From contig JBLDXI010000002.1 in NCBI GenBank assembly GCA_047495785.1, positions 248,001 to 312,000 of the forward strand: DNA of 64,000 nt. The letters run 5' to 3'. The position numbers were made by a program, and so were the translations under genes. A model generated the notes under the pieces. It did not search any database. It was not told where the DNA came from and saw nothing but the letters and a program-made list of their open reading frames with translations. Each line of letters starts with the position of its first letter. Within the stretch, counting starts at the first letter, position 1. Below are positions 10,562-21,527 of the stretch, piece after piece. The DNA comes from Lepidodermella squamata. Lineage: Eukaryota > Animalia > Gastrotricha.

Positions 10562-11857
10562 ATGATGCTTGATAGGAGAAAACATTTCCTTTTTCTTTTC
10601 GTCGGTGTCGCCAGCATTCTATCACTTCTAAGCGTCGTTCCAGTCAACTACGTCGCCTATATAATTCAGAAATCTCACTTCACAAAGACTTCAACCAGCT
10701 CAATTTTCAGTTATTCTGAAGAAGTTGAGCCGAAAATCATCGTTTTGTGGAACAACTGGTTTGACGATCCGAATTGGCAAGAGATGTTCCGTTACAACAA
10801 TTTTTCCGATATTGTAACCTTCGAAGGTCATCGTTATGACCCGAAAAATCTCAACAATATTCGAAAACGAAAACTTTCATGTCGATTATCAATTGATCGA
10901 TCGAATCAATCGATTTCGAGAGCGTCAGCTGTTGTTTTTCACGGAATTCCTCCTCCGAGCTTGGAAAAATCGCCAGCTATTCGGTTTGCGTGGCAGCGGT
11001 GGGTCTATTTTCTCCTGGAATCGCCCATTCGACCTTATCGCAAAATTAAAAATAAATTGAAAAACTTCAAGAAACTGAATCCGATGAACTTCAACTGGAC
11101 GATGAGTTACCGCAGAAGTACGGCGAAAAATCACGTATTTTTTCCGTACGGTGAAACTGTCCCAATTCAAGTATGGAACCAATCGGGACTTGAGCGAAAA
11201 ATCAATAATTTCGCCTCTAATTTCTGGCAGCGACCTATCGATGCGATTTGGATGTCTAATCACTGGTTATCAGCTTCGAAACGGGAAGCAGCGATTACAG
11301 CTCTGCGAAATTCTGGGATTAAGGTGGATTTCTATGGTGGCTGTAACGAGAATGGGACGTCGCTCGAAGCTGGATTCCGGCAATTTAATGGAAATATCAG
11401 TAAACTGTTCTCGCGCTATCGCTTTTACTTTGCGTTCGAAAACGCGTTCTGCGACGATTACATAACTGAAAAAGCTTATGTTGGTCTCTACCTCAATAAA
11501 TACCATGGTTTAATCCCGATTGTTTACGGCGGTGCTGACTATCGAAACATTCTGCCGAATGGGTCTTTCATCAACGCTGGCGAACTATCACCGTCACGCT
11601 TGGCTGATTACATGCGGAAACTAGCTGAGCTATCTCAGCTCGACGAAGTTGCGAGTTATCACAAATGGCAGTTCGATTACGACATGGTTCATCGACTCGA
11701 TCCGGATAATTTCAATTATATTGATAAATATTATCCATTTGTCAATGGCTGGTCACGGTTATGCGAAAAATTGTGGTCATCAGAAGCTCGGGACTACGAT
11801 CATGTTGACGATGTTCTGGATAATCTTGGATCTTGCCACAAACCACCTCACTTTTAG
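10562..11857 (+). CDS. Alpha-1,3/4-fucosyltransferase (GT10), intronless type II membrane protein
   Basis: N-terminal TM (RRKHFLFLFVGVASILSLLSVV), ASAVVFH, WQRWVYFLLESP, FNWTMSYRR, GT10 motif YRFYFAFENAFCDDYITEK and IPIVYGG. The ORF is open from 10409; likely start is ATG 10562. Confidence 0.93.
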   Translation: MMLDRRKHFLFLFVGVASILSLLSVVPVNYVAYIIQKSHFTKTSTSSIFSYSEEVEPKIIVLWNNWFDDPNWQEMFRYNNFSDIVTFEGHRYDPKNLNNIRKRKLSCRLSIDRSNQSISRASAVVFHGIPPPSLEKSPAIRFAWQRWVYFLLESPIRPYRKIKNKLKNFKKLNPMNFNWTMSYRRSTAKNHVFFPYGETVPIQVWNQSGLERKINNFASNFWQRPIDAIWMSNHWLSASKREAAITALRNSGIKVDFYGGCNENGTSLEAGFRQFNGNISKLFSRYRFYFAFENAFCDDYITEKAYVGLYLNKYHGLIPIVYGGADYRNILPNGSFINAGELSPSRLADYMRKLAELSQLDEVASYHKWQFDYDMVHRLDPDNFNYIDKYYPFVNGWSRLCEKLWSSEARDYDHVDDVLDNLGSCHKPPHF

Positions 11858-12210
11858 AACACACTGATTCTTTTCATTATAGTGCTGTTTTTGAAATAAA
11901 GTCAGCTCACTGAGTTTTTGATTTCTTTACTGTTTGGAATTGAGGCAGATTGTTACTATAACCAACTCAAATATTGTTAAAATCAAAACAATGCTGTGCT
12001 TATTCAAGTGCGTCGATCGACTCAATTGGAGTGGCGGAAAGCGTTCGACAATTTTCGGAAATTTTCATATACCCTGGACGGAACACAACATTTTGGCTCA
12101 AACTGGCTCGGACCCAGTAGTGCTCTTCTTCGAAATTTCTTCTTCGAAAGTTCATGATGTCAGCATGAATCGCACCAATAAGTGCTTACGATTCGTTAAA
12201 CCTTTTAGTT

Positions 12211-12888
12211 TTATTCAAGTCTATAATCAATGACTCTCAGGGTGCTTTGAACTCGAAAGTAAACATCGCTATCAGCAATCGTGCTATCTGGCACAGGCCT
12301 GAACCGATTAGCAGCAACATTTTCATAGTTTCGACCTGTGACTGCTAATGCTTCTGCCTCGATTTCGAGTATCGAGGCGACTTTGACGATCAAAGGGTCA
12401 TAATCATCACCCAACAACGAAATCCGACCCTCCACTCGTGATTCTACCAGTTTCAGTGCATCAAACCTACGAATTCGATCGCTGCTCGCCCTAGGTCTTA
12501 TAGGCGGGGTCAAGTATACCCCAAGTGCAGTTGCGCCAGCAAAGCTTACTATGGTCAAAATCACAAGAACGAAAACGCCGAACCACTTCCTCTTGTTCAG
12601 CTTCGGGCTCCCTTCCCATAGTTGCGGCTTGTGCTCAGGCTTTTTCCATGGTTTCTCCAGAGCAGGGTCGATTATAATGACTTCATCGAGTTGATTCTTA
12701 CGCACGTAATCTTCGTATGACGCATACGTTGGTATTGCCGACATGGAATCGGACGGCGCAACGAAATTCCCATTTTGGGATTCAGAATGTATAATCTGCG
12801 TGGGAAATTGTGAGTTTTTCGCTTGGCAAAGAATTTGTTCATGCAGCAAACAGAGAGACAGCACAGTGGAAAATGTCGAAGAGGCCAT
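12211..12888 (-). CDS. Novel family member 1 (signal peptide, variable region, TM, conserved C-domain); divergent, inverted copy
   Basis: LSLCLLHEQILC signal; KRKWFGVFVLVILTIVSFAGATALGVYL TM; DRIRRFDALK...VEGRIS...KVASILE...NYE...RPVP....DSD.YF. Confidence 0.75.
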   Translation of the reverse strand: MASSTFSTVLSLCLLHEQILCQAKNSQFPTQIIHSESQNGNFVAPSDSMSAIPTYASYEDYVRKNQLDEVIIIDPALEKPWKKPEHKPQLWEGSPKLNKRKWFGVFVLVILTIVSFAGATALGVYLTPPIRPRASSDRIRRFDALKLVESRVEGRISLLGDDYDPLIVKVASILEIEAEALAVTGRNYENVAANRFRPVPDSTIADSDVYFRVQSTLRVIDYRLE

Positions 12889-12940
12889 CTAACCTTGATA
12901 TCTCATTCCTCTCAGGTCTCAGGTGCTGGTGAGAAGATTA

Positions 12941-12956
12941 TTGAGATGGGCTTTTT
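12941..12956 (-). promoter_or_regulatory. Family upstream motif (variant AAAAAGCCCATCTCAA on - strand)
   Basis: Ends ~52 nt upstream of the ATG at 12888, the same spacing as the + strand copies. Confidence 0.5.
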
Positions 12957-13252
12957 GAGAACGTTCAAACACTTAAATTACTCCACAAAACTTGAATTTT
13001 TCGAGTTTTATTCGGGCTCATTAAAATGCTCCATTCAATCACGAGTTCCCGAGTGAACAATACAGCTTTATGCTGCATTTGAGCTATTCCACTCCGAGTA
13101 CTCATTTTGCACAAATACTTACTAAAGCAAAACACAACGTTATTTGCGGCTTTTGAATAAAAGACAATGGCTAAGTCTTAGCGTAAAATGGCCAAATAAG
13201 TCTAACATTGCTTGAGTGGCATCTCGCTGCCTTTACGCATCACTGTGTTTAT

Positions 13253-15277
13253 ATGTCGCGTTTAACAACGTGTTGTAGTCGTTGCAGGTCAATTTTTCGC
13301 ATCTATTTAGCGAGATGTAGAAATATCAGACTTTTCTACCTGTTCATCGCTCTCGTCATCATATTGGCAATCTTTTTCATCGCAATCGGTATCAGAAATT
13401 CGACGAATAACAGCGAACAGCAGCAACATGTTGTAGCAACTACCATAAGCCCGGCTGAGAGACAGCGGCGAGTTGATGAAACCATGCGGCAGTTCAAATT
13501 TCCGGGCTGTCGAACATTAGAAAAATGGGCGCCGAATATGAACTTCATACAGCGATCGGCCGACACTGCCTGGGGACTATGGACTTTTTCGCATTATGAA
13601 ATCAATCGAATTGTACACTTTGTTTCGCTAGATCACCCAAAAGTCTTTAGTTTCAAGGTAAGTGAAAAATCAAAGAAAATACTGCTCTTATTTTCCTATT
13701 TTAAAGAATTTTTTGAGCCTGCTCAGTGCCATAAAATTTCTAGAACCCGACGAAATTTACATGCATTTCAATGCTGAACCAGTCATGGATGGCAGTTTGT
13801 ACAATCATTGGTGGCAAGAGGCCTTAGAAACAATCCCATTTTTGAACATCGTCTACAACAGCAATTATTCAACGGTTCAAAAACTGGCCAGAATAGAGCA
13901 ACAAGGCGGTGGTTTGGTAATACCATTAGAAGGAATCATATTCACTGGACAGGAGCTGAAAAATCCGCAACCTGAGGAAATATCAAAGGACAATATCGGT
14001 CAAGCTATTTCGACGCGATCGAAAATTTTGATGTTACTGCCCGGTATGTTACCAGGGTTTCTGGAATCCTTGAACCCGATCGCACCTTCAGGGGCCAAAG
14101 GGCTTAATTGCAAAAGCTACACCTCACAGCAACCCTTCACCGATCATCTACTCGATTTTTGTTATTCCATCAATCGTGACACTGAGGTCTATCCGAAGGA
14201 GTTCTTCTCCGGTTCTGATCAGTTTTCACAACTTGTTCGGTATTTGTTTTACGGATCGAAGCGAGAGATTGTACCAAGACCGGATGAAAGCCCTACTGGC
14301 AATGCGAAGGAGAAAGTTCCGCTGATTTGCCACTACATTTGGATCGAAGGGACTCCGCTGGAATTCGAAGCGTTCCTCAGCATGTTGAGCTGTTTGTTCA
14401 TCGTCAAGTAAGTAAAAAGGTTCATTGCATAACGAAAAATCTAAGTCATTGCTTTCAGAGCCGATGTTTACGTTCACGGAAGTTTGCCGCCGACCGGTAA
14501 AAGGTGGCGAAAATTACTCGCCCTGGGAGGTTCGAAGGTCCGCTACCTTGAAACTCAATTACCAACCAAAGTATTCCGGAATCCTGTTTCAGAGAGAGCT
14601 CACATCAGCGACGTTTGGCGAGTGGAAGCCCTCTTGCGATACGGTGGCATCTACCTGGATTGGGATGCCATTTTTGTGAAACCCTTGGATGACAAGATTC
14701 GGAGTCAAGAAGTTGTGTTGAGTTACGATGTAATGCCGTACAACCCGTATCCTAATATCATCAGCAATGGCGTAATGCTATCAAAATCGAACAGCTTCTA
14801 TTTCCGAGAAGTTCAGGTAACTTCTTCGGAAAATAGTTTGATGTTGTTTTGCTGATTTTTCACTTGTCATAGAGATCTATGAGATATTTCAATGCCATTC
14901 GAAATGACGATTACATCTTCCATGGCCTGCCTTATTTCTTCAACTCGCTAATGGCAACTTACAAAATCTACGAATGCTACCCGGAACGTGTTACAATCGA
15001 CCCGCATTTCCAGGCTATCTGCAACAACGGCCGATGCCATCCGACTTGGAAATCGAATTTTCTACAGGATGGAATTGATAATGAAGTCGATTGGCTGGGC
15101 GGTGAAGCTTATGCGCTACACAATACGTACCCGACGCCGCAGGAGTTTGTCAGTGAAAGCTACCTCGCATCGGCCAACCCATCGTCGCGGTACTATAAAA
15201 TTGCTATGAATGTGCTGAAGAACGCTAACTTGACTCTCTCTGATTTATCATCAACTTTCGGCATTAACTTATTTTAA
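13253..15277 (+). CDS. GT32 alpha-1,4-glycosyltransferase-like (A4GNT/A4GALT family), copy 1; 4 exons
   Basis: Type II TM; HISDVWRVEALLRYGGIYLDWD (DXD motif); ISNGVM. Introns 13658-13706, 14408-14458 and 14817-14872 are GT-AG and frame-consistent. Confidence 0.9.
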
Positions 15278-15328
15278 TAAAAATTTAGTTTTATCATTGA
15301 AAATACACCCGCTTGAGAGCTTTTTTTT

Positions 15329-15345
15329 AAAAAATTCTTCCTTAA
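15329..15345 (+). promoter_or_regulatory. Family upstream motif (AAAAAATTCTTCCTTAA)
   Basis: ~54 nt upstream of ATG 15400. Confidence 0.5.
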
Positions 15346-15399
15346 AACCTTTTCGGAGGCTGATCATTTCTCCTTCAACCCGATGTTGTGTAGTTCAAA

Positions 15400-16122
15400 A
15401 TGGGTAGGTGGCATAGAATGTTTGCCATTCTCAGCTCGTTCGCTCTACTTGGCTGTCAGATAATCGCATCGGAAGTAGAGCCGATCGACATGTCAGTTTT
15501 TGTCGATATGCCGCCTCGTGAAAGTTCGGTCGGTGCTAGATTACGAGCAGCTTCAGCCCTTATGGAAGGCTTCGTGGAAGACATAACCCCTCCGAAGCCT
15601 GTAACACCCCCAACAATTTATTCGCCTAAAATAAAGTTATTCCCAAAAATGCCGCCACGTGCTGAGTTGGAGCAGCCATTATTTAAGACTGGCTGGAGGA
15701 AAACTCTCGCTGTTGTCGGCAAAGTGGTTACGACAATCGCCGTGATTGCAGTTCTTACTGGTCTGACAGTTCTTTCTTTGAAAAAAGGCAGTAACCGGAA
15801 GGAAGAGAAGCCTGTTTATACCAATCGGTGGGCAGAAAGGGACAGGCTTGCTCGGCTTGAGCTGTTACGGACCTCAAATGCTGAAGGACGTATGGCCGAT
15901 GTGAGAGAGAAGCTTCCAGGGAGCATCATTTCGATCACATCATCAAAAAATAATATCATGCAGAAAATATGGCTTGGAAATGACGAGTTCATGGTGGAAA
16001 AACACTTTTTCCCAAATCCCGATCCAATTCAAGTAATGAGTGACGTTATCATTGCGTTTAGCAATATAATTGATTTGAGCTACGATTTTAGCGGCAACAA
16101 CTTATTCTCAGCAATTCTCTAA
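15400..16122 (+). CDS. Novel family member 2 (divergent)
   Basis: AILSSFALLGCQIIA signal, Pro-rich region, TM, then ERDRLARLELLR...EGR...N.E....FFPNP....D. Confidence 0.75.
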   Translation: MGRWHRMFAILSSFALLGCQIIASEVEPIDMSVFVDMPPRESSVGARLRAASALMEGFVEDITPPKPVTPPTIYSPKIKLFPKMPPRAELEQPLFKTGWRKTLAVVGKVVTTIAVIAVLTGLTVLSLKKGSNRKEEKPVYTNRWAERDRLARLELLRTSNAEGRMADVREKLPGSIISITSSKNNIMQKIWLGNDEFMVEKHFFPNPDPIQVMSDVIIAFSNIIDLSYDFSGNNLFSAIL

Positions 16123-16218
16123 AGGCCTTTCCAGTTTTGAGAAGTAATAAATAGCAGTTTGACCTTTGAGCTGACAGAATTGGCTTGACCCTTGAGCTAC
16201 TGCAATTTTAGACCTTTG

Positions 16219-16233
16219 AAAAACCCGCCTTAA
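16219..16233 (+). promoter_or_regulatory. Family upstream motif (AAAAACCCGCCTTAA), preceded by three (T/A)GACC(C/T)TTGA repeats
   Basis: 49 nt upstream of ATG 16283; the repeats are at ~16161, ~16187 and ~16210. Confidence 0.55.
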
Positions 16234-16282
16234 AGAATGCTACTGTTAGAAATTTGCGTAGTCCGATTGGTGTTCTAGAACA

Positions 16283-17302
16283 ATGTATTGCGTTGCTTTG
16301 GTTTTCTCTCACGCAATATTGTTTGATCAGATCTTCGGGGCGATCCTCGGAAGATTGCGTCGTCAGCTGGATTGGGGTGACCAGCCGCCTCTACAGCCTA
16401 TATCTGGGATTTCCTTATGGAGTGATTCAAGTCCCATGGCGCAGTACACTAAAGATTTGGTTCCCGAGGCTGTGGCGTACCAAAAGTTCCTATCTCAGGG
16501 AATACATGATGGTCCACTGAAAACCTCAAAGCAGTACTTCCCACCGGGTGGACGAACTGATGAGTACAAACGCACACAGCCGTCTTTCGGCCGGAATGTT
16601 CAAAACTTGCCAATCGCAGGAGCAGGCAATGATGGACCAGTGGCCCCGGCGAATTCGGCACTACAATCGCTACCAGGCAGCTCGAAAGAGAACCCGGCTG
16701 TACTTGAGGAGAATTTACTTTTCGGGGATTACGTGATAGACGAGAAACCTGTCGGTAGACCAACTCCTGAAATATCGATAATTCCTCGCGAGCCCGTTCA
16801 ACGAAAGATATCAAGCCTCGACTCACCTTTGTCTGACGCTGTTGGGCCTCTGAATAATGATGGGTCGAGAAAAGGCAAATCCTTCGCCGAAAAAGCGAAA
16901 TCATTTTGGCAGCGGAATAAACGTGGAATTCTAATTGCTGGCGCTATTTTCGCCGCAATAGCGGTCATTGGAATTGTTGCTGGTATCACGTATGCTCTAA
17001 CAAGTCGGCGGGAGAATTCGAACTCCCGTAGGATCATAGAAGGAAACGACAGACAGCTGAGAGCAGGCCTGTTAACTAGCGATCAAATTTTGGGGAGAGT
17101 TGCCCATGATGAACAGGGAACGCTGTACGGTCGCGTTGCTATGTTAATGGAAGCAAGCAGTTCGGTTACGGGATTGATCGCTTTGAATTACGATATTTTG
17201 AGAATTCGAGAGGTTTTGCCGGCTCCTACGTCAGAGGCAGCCTCAACGGATACTTTGATACGTTTTGAAATACGGAGTGATGCTGCTTATTCCACTTATT
17301 AA
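16283..17302 (+). CDS. Novel family member 3
   Basis: HAILFDQIFG, RLRR|Q, FWQRNKR+TM, DRQLRAGLL...LGRV...LYGRVAMLMEASS. Confidence 0.88.
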   Translation: MYCVALVFSHAILFDQIFGAILGRLRRQLDWGDQPPLQPISGISLWSDSSPMAQYTKDLVPEAVAYQKFLSQGIHDGPLKTSKQYFPPGGRTDEYKRTQPSFGRNVQNLPIAGAGNDGPVAPANSALQSLPGSSKENPAVLEENLLFGDYVIDEKPVGRPTPEISIIPREPVQRKISSLDSPLSDAVGPLNNDGSRKGKSFAEKAKSFWQRNKRGILIAGAIFAAIAVIGIVAGITYALTSRRENSNSRRIIEGNDRQLRAGLLTSDQILGRVAHDEQGTLYGRVAMLMEASSSVTGLIALNYDILRIREVLPAPTSEAASTDTLIRFEIRSDAAYSTY

Positions 17303-17713
17303 TCGTCATATATCTCATATGATTCTTCTTAACACCGTAGTATTAATAATGCATAATGCTTTGTGAATTAGTGTCAATTATCCAAATAAGAAACGCTCAG
17401 ATTTCAAATGAAGCACTTACCTATTGTAGCCTTATCCGTCGCGTGGCTGCTTTGTTCTAGCCATGCGCGGTGATCACTACATTCCTATGGCTGAAGGTAT
17501 TTCCGTAAAAATCCGTATTTCTGCACAACTAAAATCGCGAAAGTTGAGACTAGGCCTGTTGACATCAGGTCATTAAGTTACAAGAACAGCCAAAGAAAGA
17601 ACTGGCACGAAGCCTCGAAGTTGGAAGTCGAGCGTAGCAAAAAACACCAATGTAAATTTATTACATCTCTTTTGTTCATCATAACTAATTCATTCGATTT
17701 AATATTTCTAGCA

Positions 17714-18601
17714 TCAGGCTCTCGGTGGGATCAGTAGTTTGCTGATGACAGGCCACAAAGTCTCGAAAAACAACATGGTACCCATGTCTCCCAAGTGCTG
17801 ACCATCAATGAAAAAATTATCGGATAGAGAATCAGTATTAGTATCCTCCAACACTCGCCTAGCTCCAGCTTTTGTTGCCACATCATGGAAATCGATGAAA
17901 GTAGCTCCGATCAGTTCTGCTGCCACCCGACTAGCTACAGCGTACAAATCAACCTTGGAATTCGAGCGGTTGGAATACGGCAATACCCATGGGTTAGATT
18001 TACAATAATCCGCCCACTGCCTCTCATCGATAGGCGGAGGTGAAACGATAATGATTCGACTCCCTGTTAACACATTTGAACTTTCAATTAGCGACCGTGA
18101 TAGATAAACCAAATTGTCGACAAAGCGATCGATGGGCACATTTAGCAGCGGCGTGTCTGCAGCATCGTTTGAGCCATACATTATAACAACGCCGATTAAA
18201 TAGCCCAATTCGTCGGTAATCGAGGCTAAAATCTTCTGCCAAATTTGTCGGGCAGCTTCTGTAGTGAAGCCAGAGAAGCCACGGTTAACAACATCGCATT
18301 GACCTTTAACTTTGTTGGCAAGCATGGCCGACCAACTAGGTTTTTGGGCGTTTGCTGTCCAAGATGCTGTGTGCGAATCGCCCAGAAGTAAGATCTTCGA
18401 CATCGGATGCGTTCCGATTAAGCTTTGATTCCTATGAAAATACGATAATTTCTTTTAGCTTTGTAGAAATCGTTTGCATCAAGCATTGTAATCAACATGC
18501 CTTATGGACTTGGCTTCAATTTCAGCTTCAATGGAGTGACCCAAGGCTACGGCATTGAGCGCCACGCATACAAATGCGCATACAAGCTTTGCCGACATCA
18601 T
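17714..18601 (-). CDS. Secreted SGNH/GDSL esterase (IAH1-like), copy 1; catalytic residues intact; 2 exons with a GC-AG intron
   Basis: Exon 1 (18601-18501) MMSAKLVCAFVCVALNAVALGHSIEA is a signal peptide. Intron 18500-18432 (GCATGT...TAG). Blocks LLGDS, NRGFSG, YGSND and DGQH. Confidence 0.85.
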
Positions 18602-19712
18602 TTCTGCGACGTGGAATTCGAAAATTCAAGCTAATTTGAAGTTCAAGATGGAACAAAACTACATCCTCCTACATCTCAGAGAGCTAAAAAAAACTCGGAA
18701 TATGTTTCACTACAAGAGGGGAATTAATTCAGCAAGGCATTACAGAGAGCGAGGTGGGACAGCAGAATAAGGCTAGGTTAAGGAAAATAGACGTTAAAGG
18801 CCCCGTTTTGGTCATTGATTGAATTCATCGTGCGGACTGATTGAACTGGTAGGGATGATTTAAATTCCGATTTTCTCATTTGACTTATTTGAACTCAAAT
18901 TTGTCTCTCATTCTTTGCCAGAGGCACGTGCCCGACTGTCGAGCTCATTAGTTTCATTCGCAACGTGTTCTTGACGTGAAAAGTTGGCTTTATTAAACAT
19001 GCGACAATTTTTAGTTCAGTTTGCTATCAAGGACAATAGACAATAGACAATTAAGTTATTGTCCAAAGTAGCAATTAAACACTCAATTCCAGGCAGAAAT
19101 TCGAATTTTTGAATTCGATCATTTGAATTTATAGCCAATCCGCTGCCGCTGGGGCATGTTATCATGAACAAATTTGAGAAATGAATGAGAAATGAAAAAT
19201 TTGCTGGGCTTTCAGAAAACGCAATATTAGATAGTCATAGACTATACCACGGTTTCAATTTAGCGTAATAACGTGTATAACGGAATGCGAAAAGGTGAAA
19301 CTACAAGTTCATTCATCGCGTGCGAATTGCCGGGTTCTCGGTTGAAATTAAAACTTCTTCTAATTAATTGTTTATAAAAATGAACATGACTTCAGTCTAC
19401 TTTGGCCTTTTGCTAGCACAGATTCAGATTCGGAAAATTAGGGTAATCGTTTCGCCTTGAGATTTTATTGACCGGCTGTTACTTCACAGGGTTTACATGC
19501 GTTTCAATTTAGTGTGCATTTATGAAGAAAATGATAACCAAATTTTTCGAAAAAGCATAACAGGAATTTTACATATTTTCCACTCAGCTGCGAACAATTG
19601 AAAAATCAATTTTGCCCGCAACGTCATTCAATTCTGATAAAGTAATAAAGCAAGGCATCAAACACAAAGTCATCGTAAATATTACAATTTATTTTCATTA
19701 ATTTGTATAGCA

Positions 19713-20571
19713 TTAGCTTCTCGGCGGAATAAATAATTTGCTGACCACAGGCCACAATGTCTCCAATAGCAAGGCTGTGCAAGTGTCACCGAGGTTCACG
19801 CCATCCTTGACCAACAACTCATTGGAAGCAGGATCAGTGGTATCCTCTAACTCTCGCCTAGCTTCAGCTATTGTCGCAACATCATGGAAATCGATGAAAG
19901 TAGCTCCGATCAGTTCTGCTGCCTTCCGACTAGCTCCGGCGTAGTAATTAATATTTGAATTCCACCGTTTGCAATTCAACATCGCCGGTTTGCACAAATA
20001 ATCCCCCCATAGCTTCTCATCTACCGGCGGAGGTGAAACGATAATGATTCGACTCGCTGTTAACACTTTCGAGCTTTCGAGCAACGACTGGGATAGATAA
20101 ACCAAATTGTCGACGAAGCGGTCGATAGGCACAGCCTGCCACATGGCGTCCGCAGCATCGTTTGCGGCAAACATGACAACAACACCAATTAGATTGCCCA
20201 ATTCGCTGTTAATTGAAGCTAGAATCTTCTGCCAACTTTGTCGAGCAGCTTCTGTGGTGAAACCGGATAAGCCGCGGTCGACTATCTCGCATTGCCCTTC
20301 AACTTTGTCGGCAAGCATGCCAGACAAACTTGGTTTAACGCTGTGTGCTGTCCAAGATGGTGATACGAGCGAATCGCCTAGAAGTAGGATCTTCGACATC
20401 GGACGCGTTCCGTTTATTCTTTGATTCCTGTAAAAATATGAGGAATTATTTTTAGATAAATCGCTTGTATTAAACATACCCTGTTGAGTTAGTTTCGAGC
20501 TGAGCTTCAACAGAGTGAGCCAAGGCTAGTGCCACGCACAGAAATTTGCCCAGAAGTTTTGCCGATCCCAT
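19713..20571 (-). CDS. Secreted SGNH/GDSL esterase-like (IAH1-like), copy 2; catalytic His replaced by Asn
   Basis: Exon 1 (20571-20480) MGSAKLLGKFLCVALALAHSVEA; GT-AG intron 20479-20428; LLGDS, DRGLSG, AAND, and DGVN instead of DGxH. Confidence 0.85.
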
Positions 20572-21460
20572 AGCTGTGGCGTAAATAAAAGCTAAATTGG
20601 AATAAAACAAAAGTTCAATATAGAAAGTTCAATAGCTATAGAAATATAGAAATTCTCTATTGAGTTCAGGCTTGTTGGTGCATGTTTATGGTGCATGCAC
20701 TTGGCATTTGAATTTTACACTATAATAAAAAATGAACTGTCGCACAAATCAAAATTCCGATTTTTTAGTTGACCTTTAACATTGTCACCCATCCTTTATA
20801 TACGAGCCACGTGTGATTTCCGATCTCATTAGTTGCATTCATTCCGCTTTTTTGGCGTGGATAGACAGCTTCATTAATTATGACTATATAATTATGTCCC
20901 AATCCGGGGCGGTAGACAATAAAGTGATCGTCCAACGGCAACTGTATAGCCAGTAGATATTTATTGTTTTTGCCTGTGCATTCACTGAAGAATTTCATTA
21001 TTGTCCATTGTCCCTGAATACGGACAATTCAAAAAAATCCTAAGCATGATTTGTGGGTGCTCCGCTCATAATTCAAAAAATTAAATTTTTGCCTGCAAAA
21101 GCCCCGACCGGCCTCACTTAGTGCTACTGAGCTCTGAGGCCAGCCGGTCGAAAAGCTGGGACCGTTCGCAAGCGGCCGTTAAAACCGCTAAAACCACCAC
21201 TGCTGCATACTATAAAAAATCAAGGATTATGAAGGGATCATAATGGTTGATAAACCATGATTGATCAAAAATGACTTAGAAAGTTTCCGTGGTTGTTTGT
21301 TGTCTGTACTTACTTTCATAACTCGGCACAGTGTTATCGGAAATGTGACAAGTTTGCCATTCGGTTCCGTTACAAATAATTTAGGCCCCGCAGCAGGCAA
21401 ATTTGGTTCTGTTTAAAGCCACCACGTTTACAATTCGCAACAGTCGCCATAATTTTCAGG

Positions 21461-21475
21461 AAAAGTCCTCCTCAA
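21461..21475 (+). promoter_or_regulatory. Family upstream motif (AAAAGTCCTCCTCAA)
   Basis: 52 nt upstream of ATG 21528. Confidence 0.6.
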
Positions 21476-21527
21476 AGCTCGCTTAATTTACTGCAGCCAA
21501 TAAGAACGAAAGATCCAGCCATCAATA

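Noticed and set aside
21095-21202. hAT-like end (...AAAACCACCACTG) with GC-rich hairpins
   Set aside because: The matching opposite TIR and TSD were not found.
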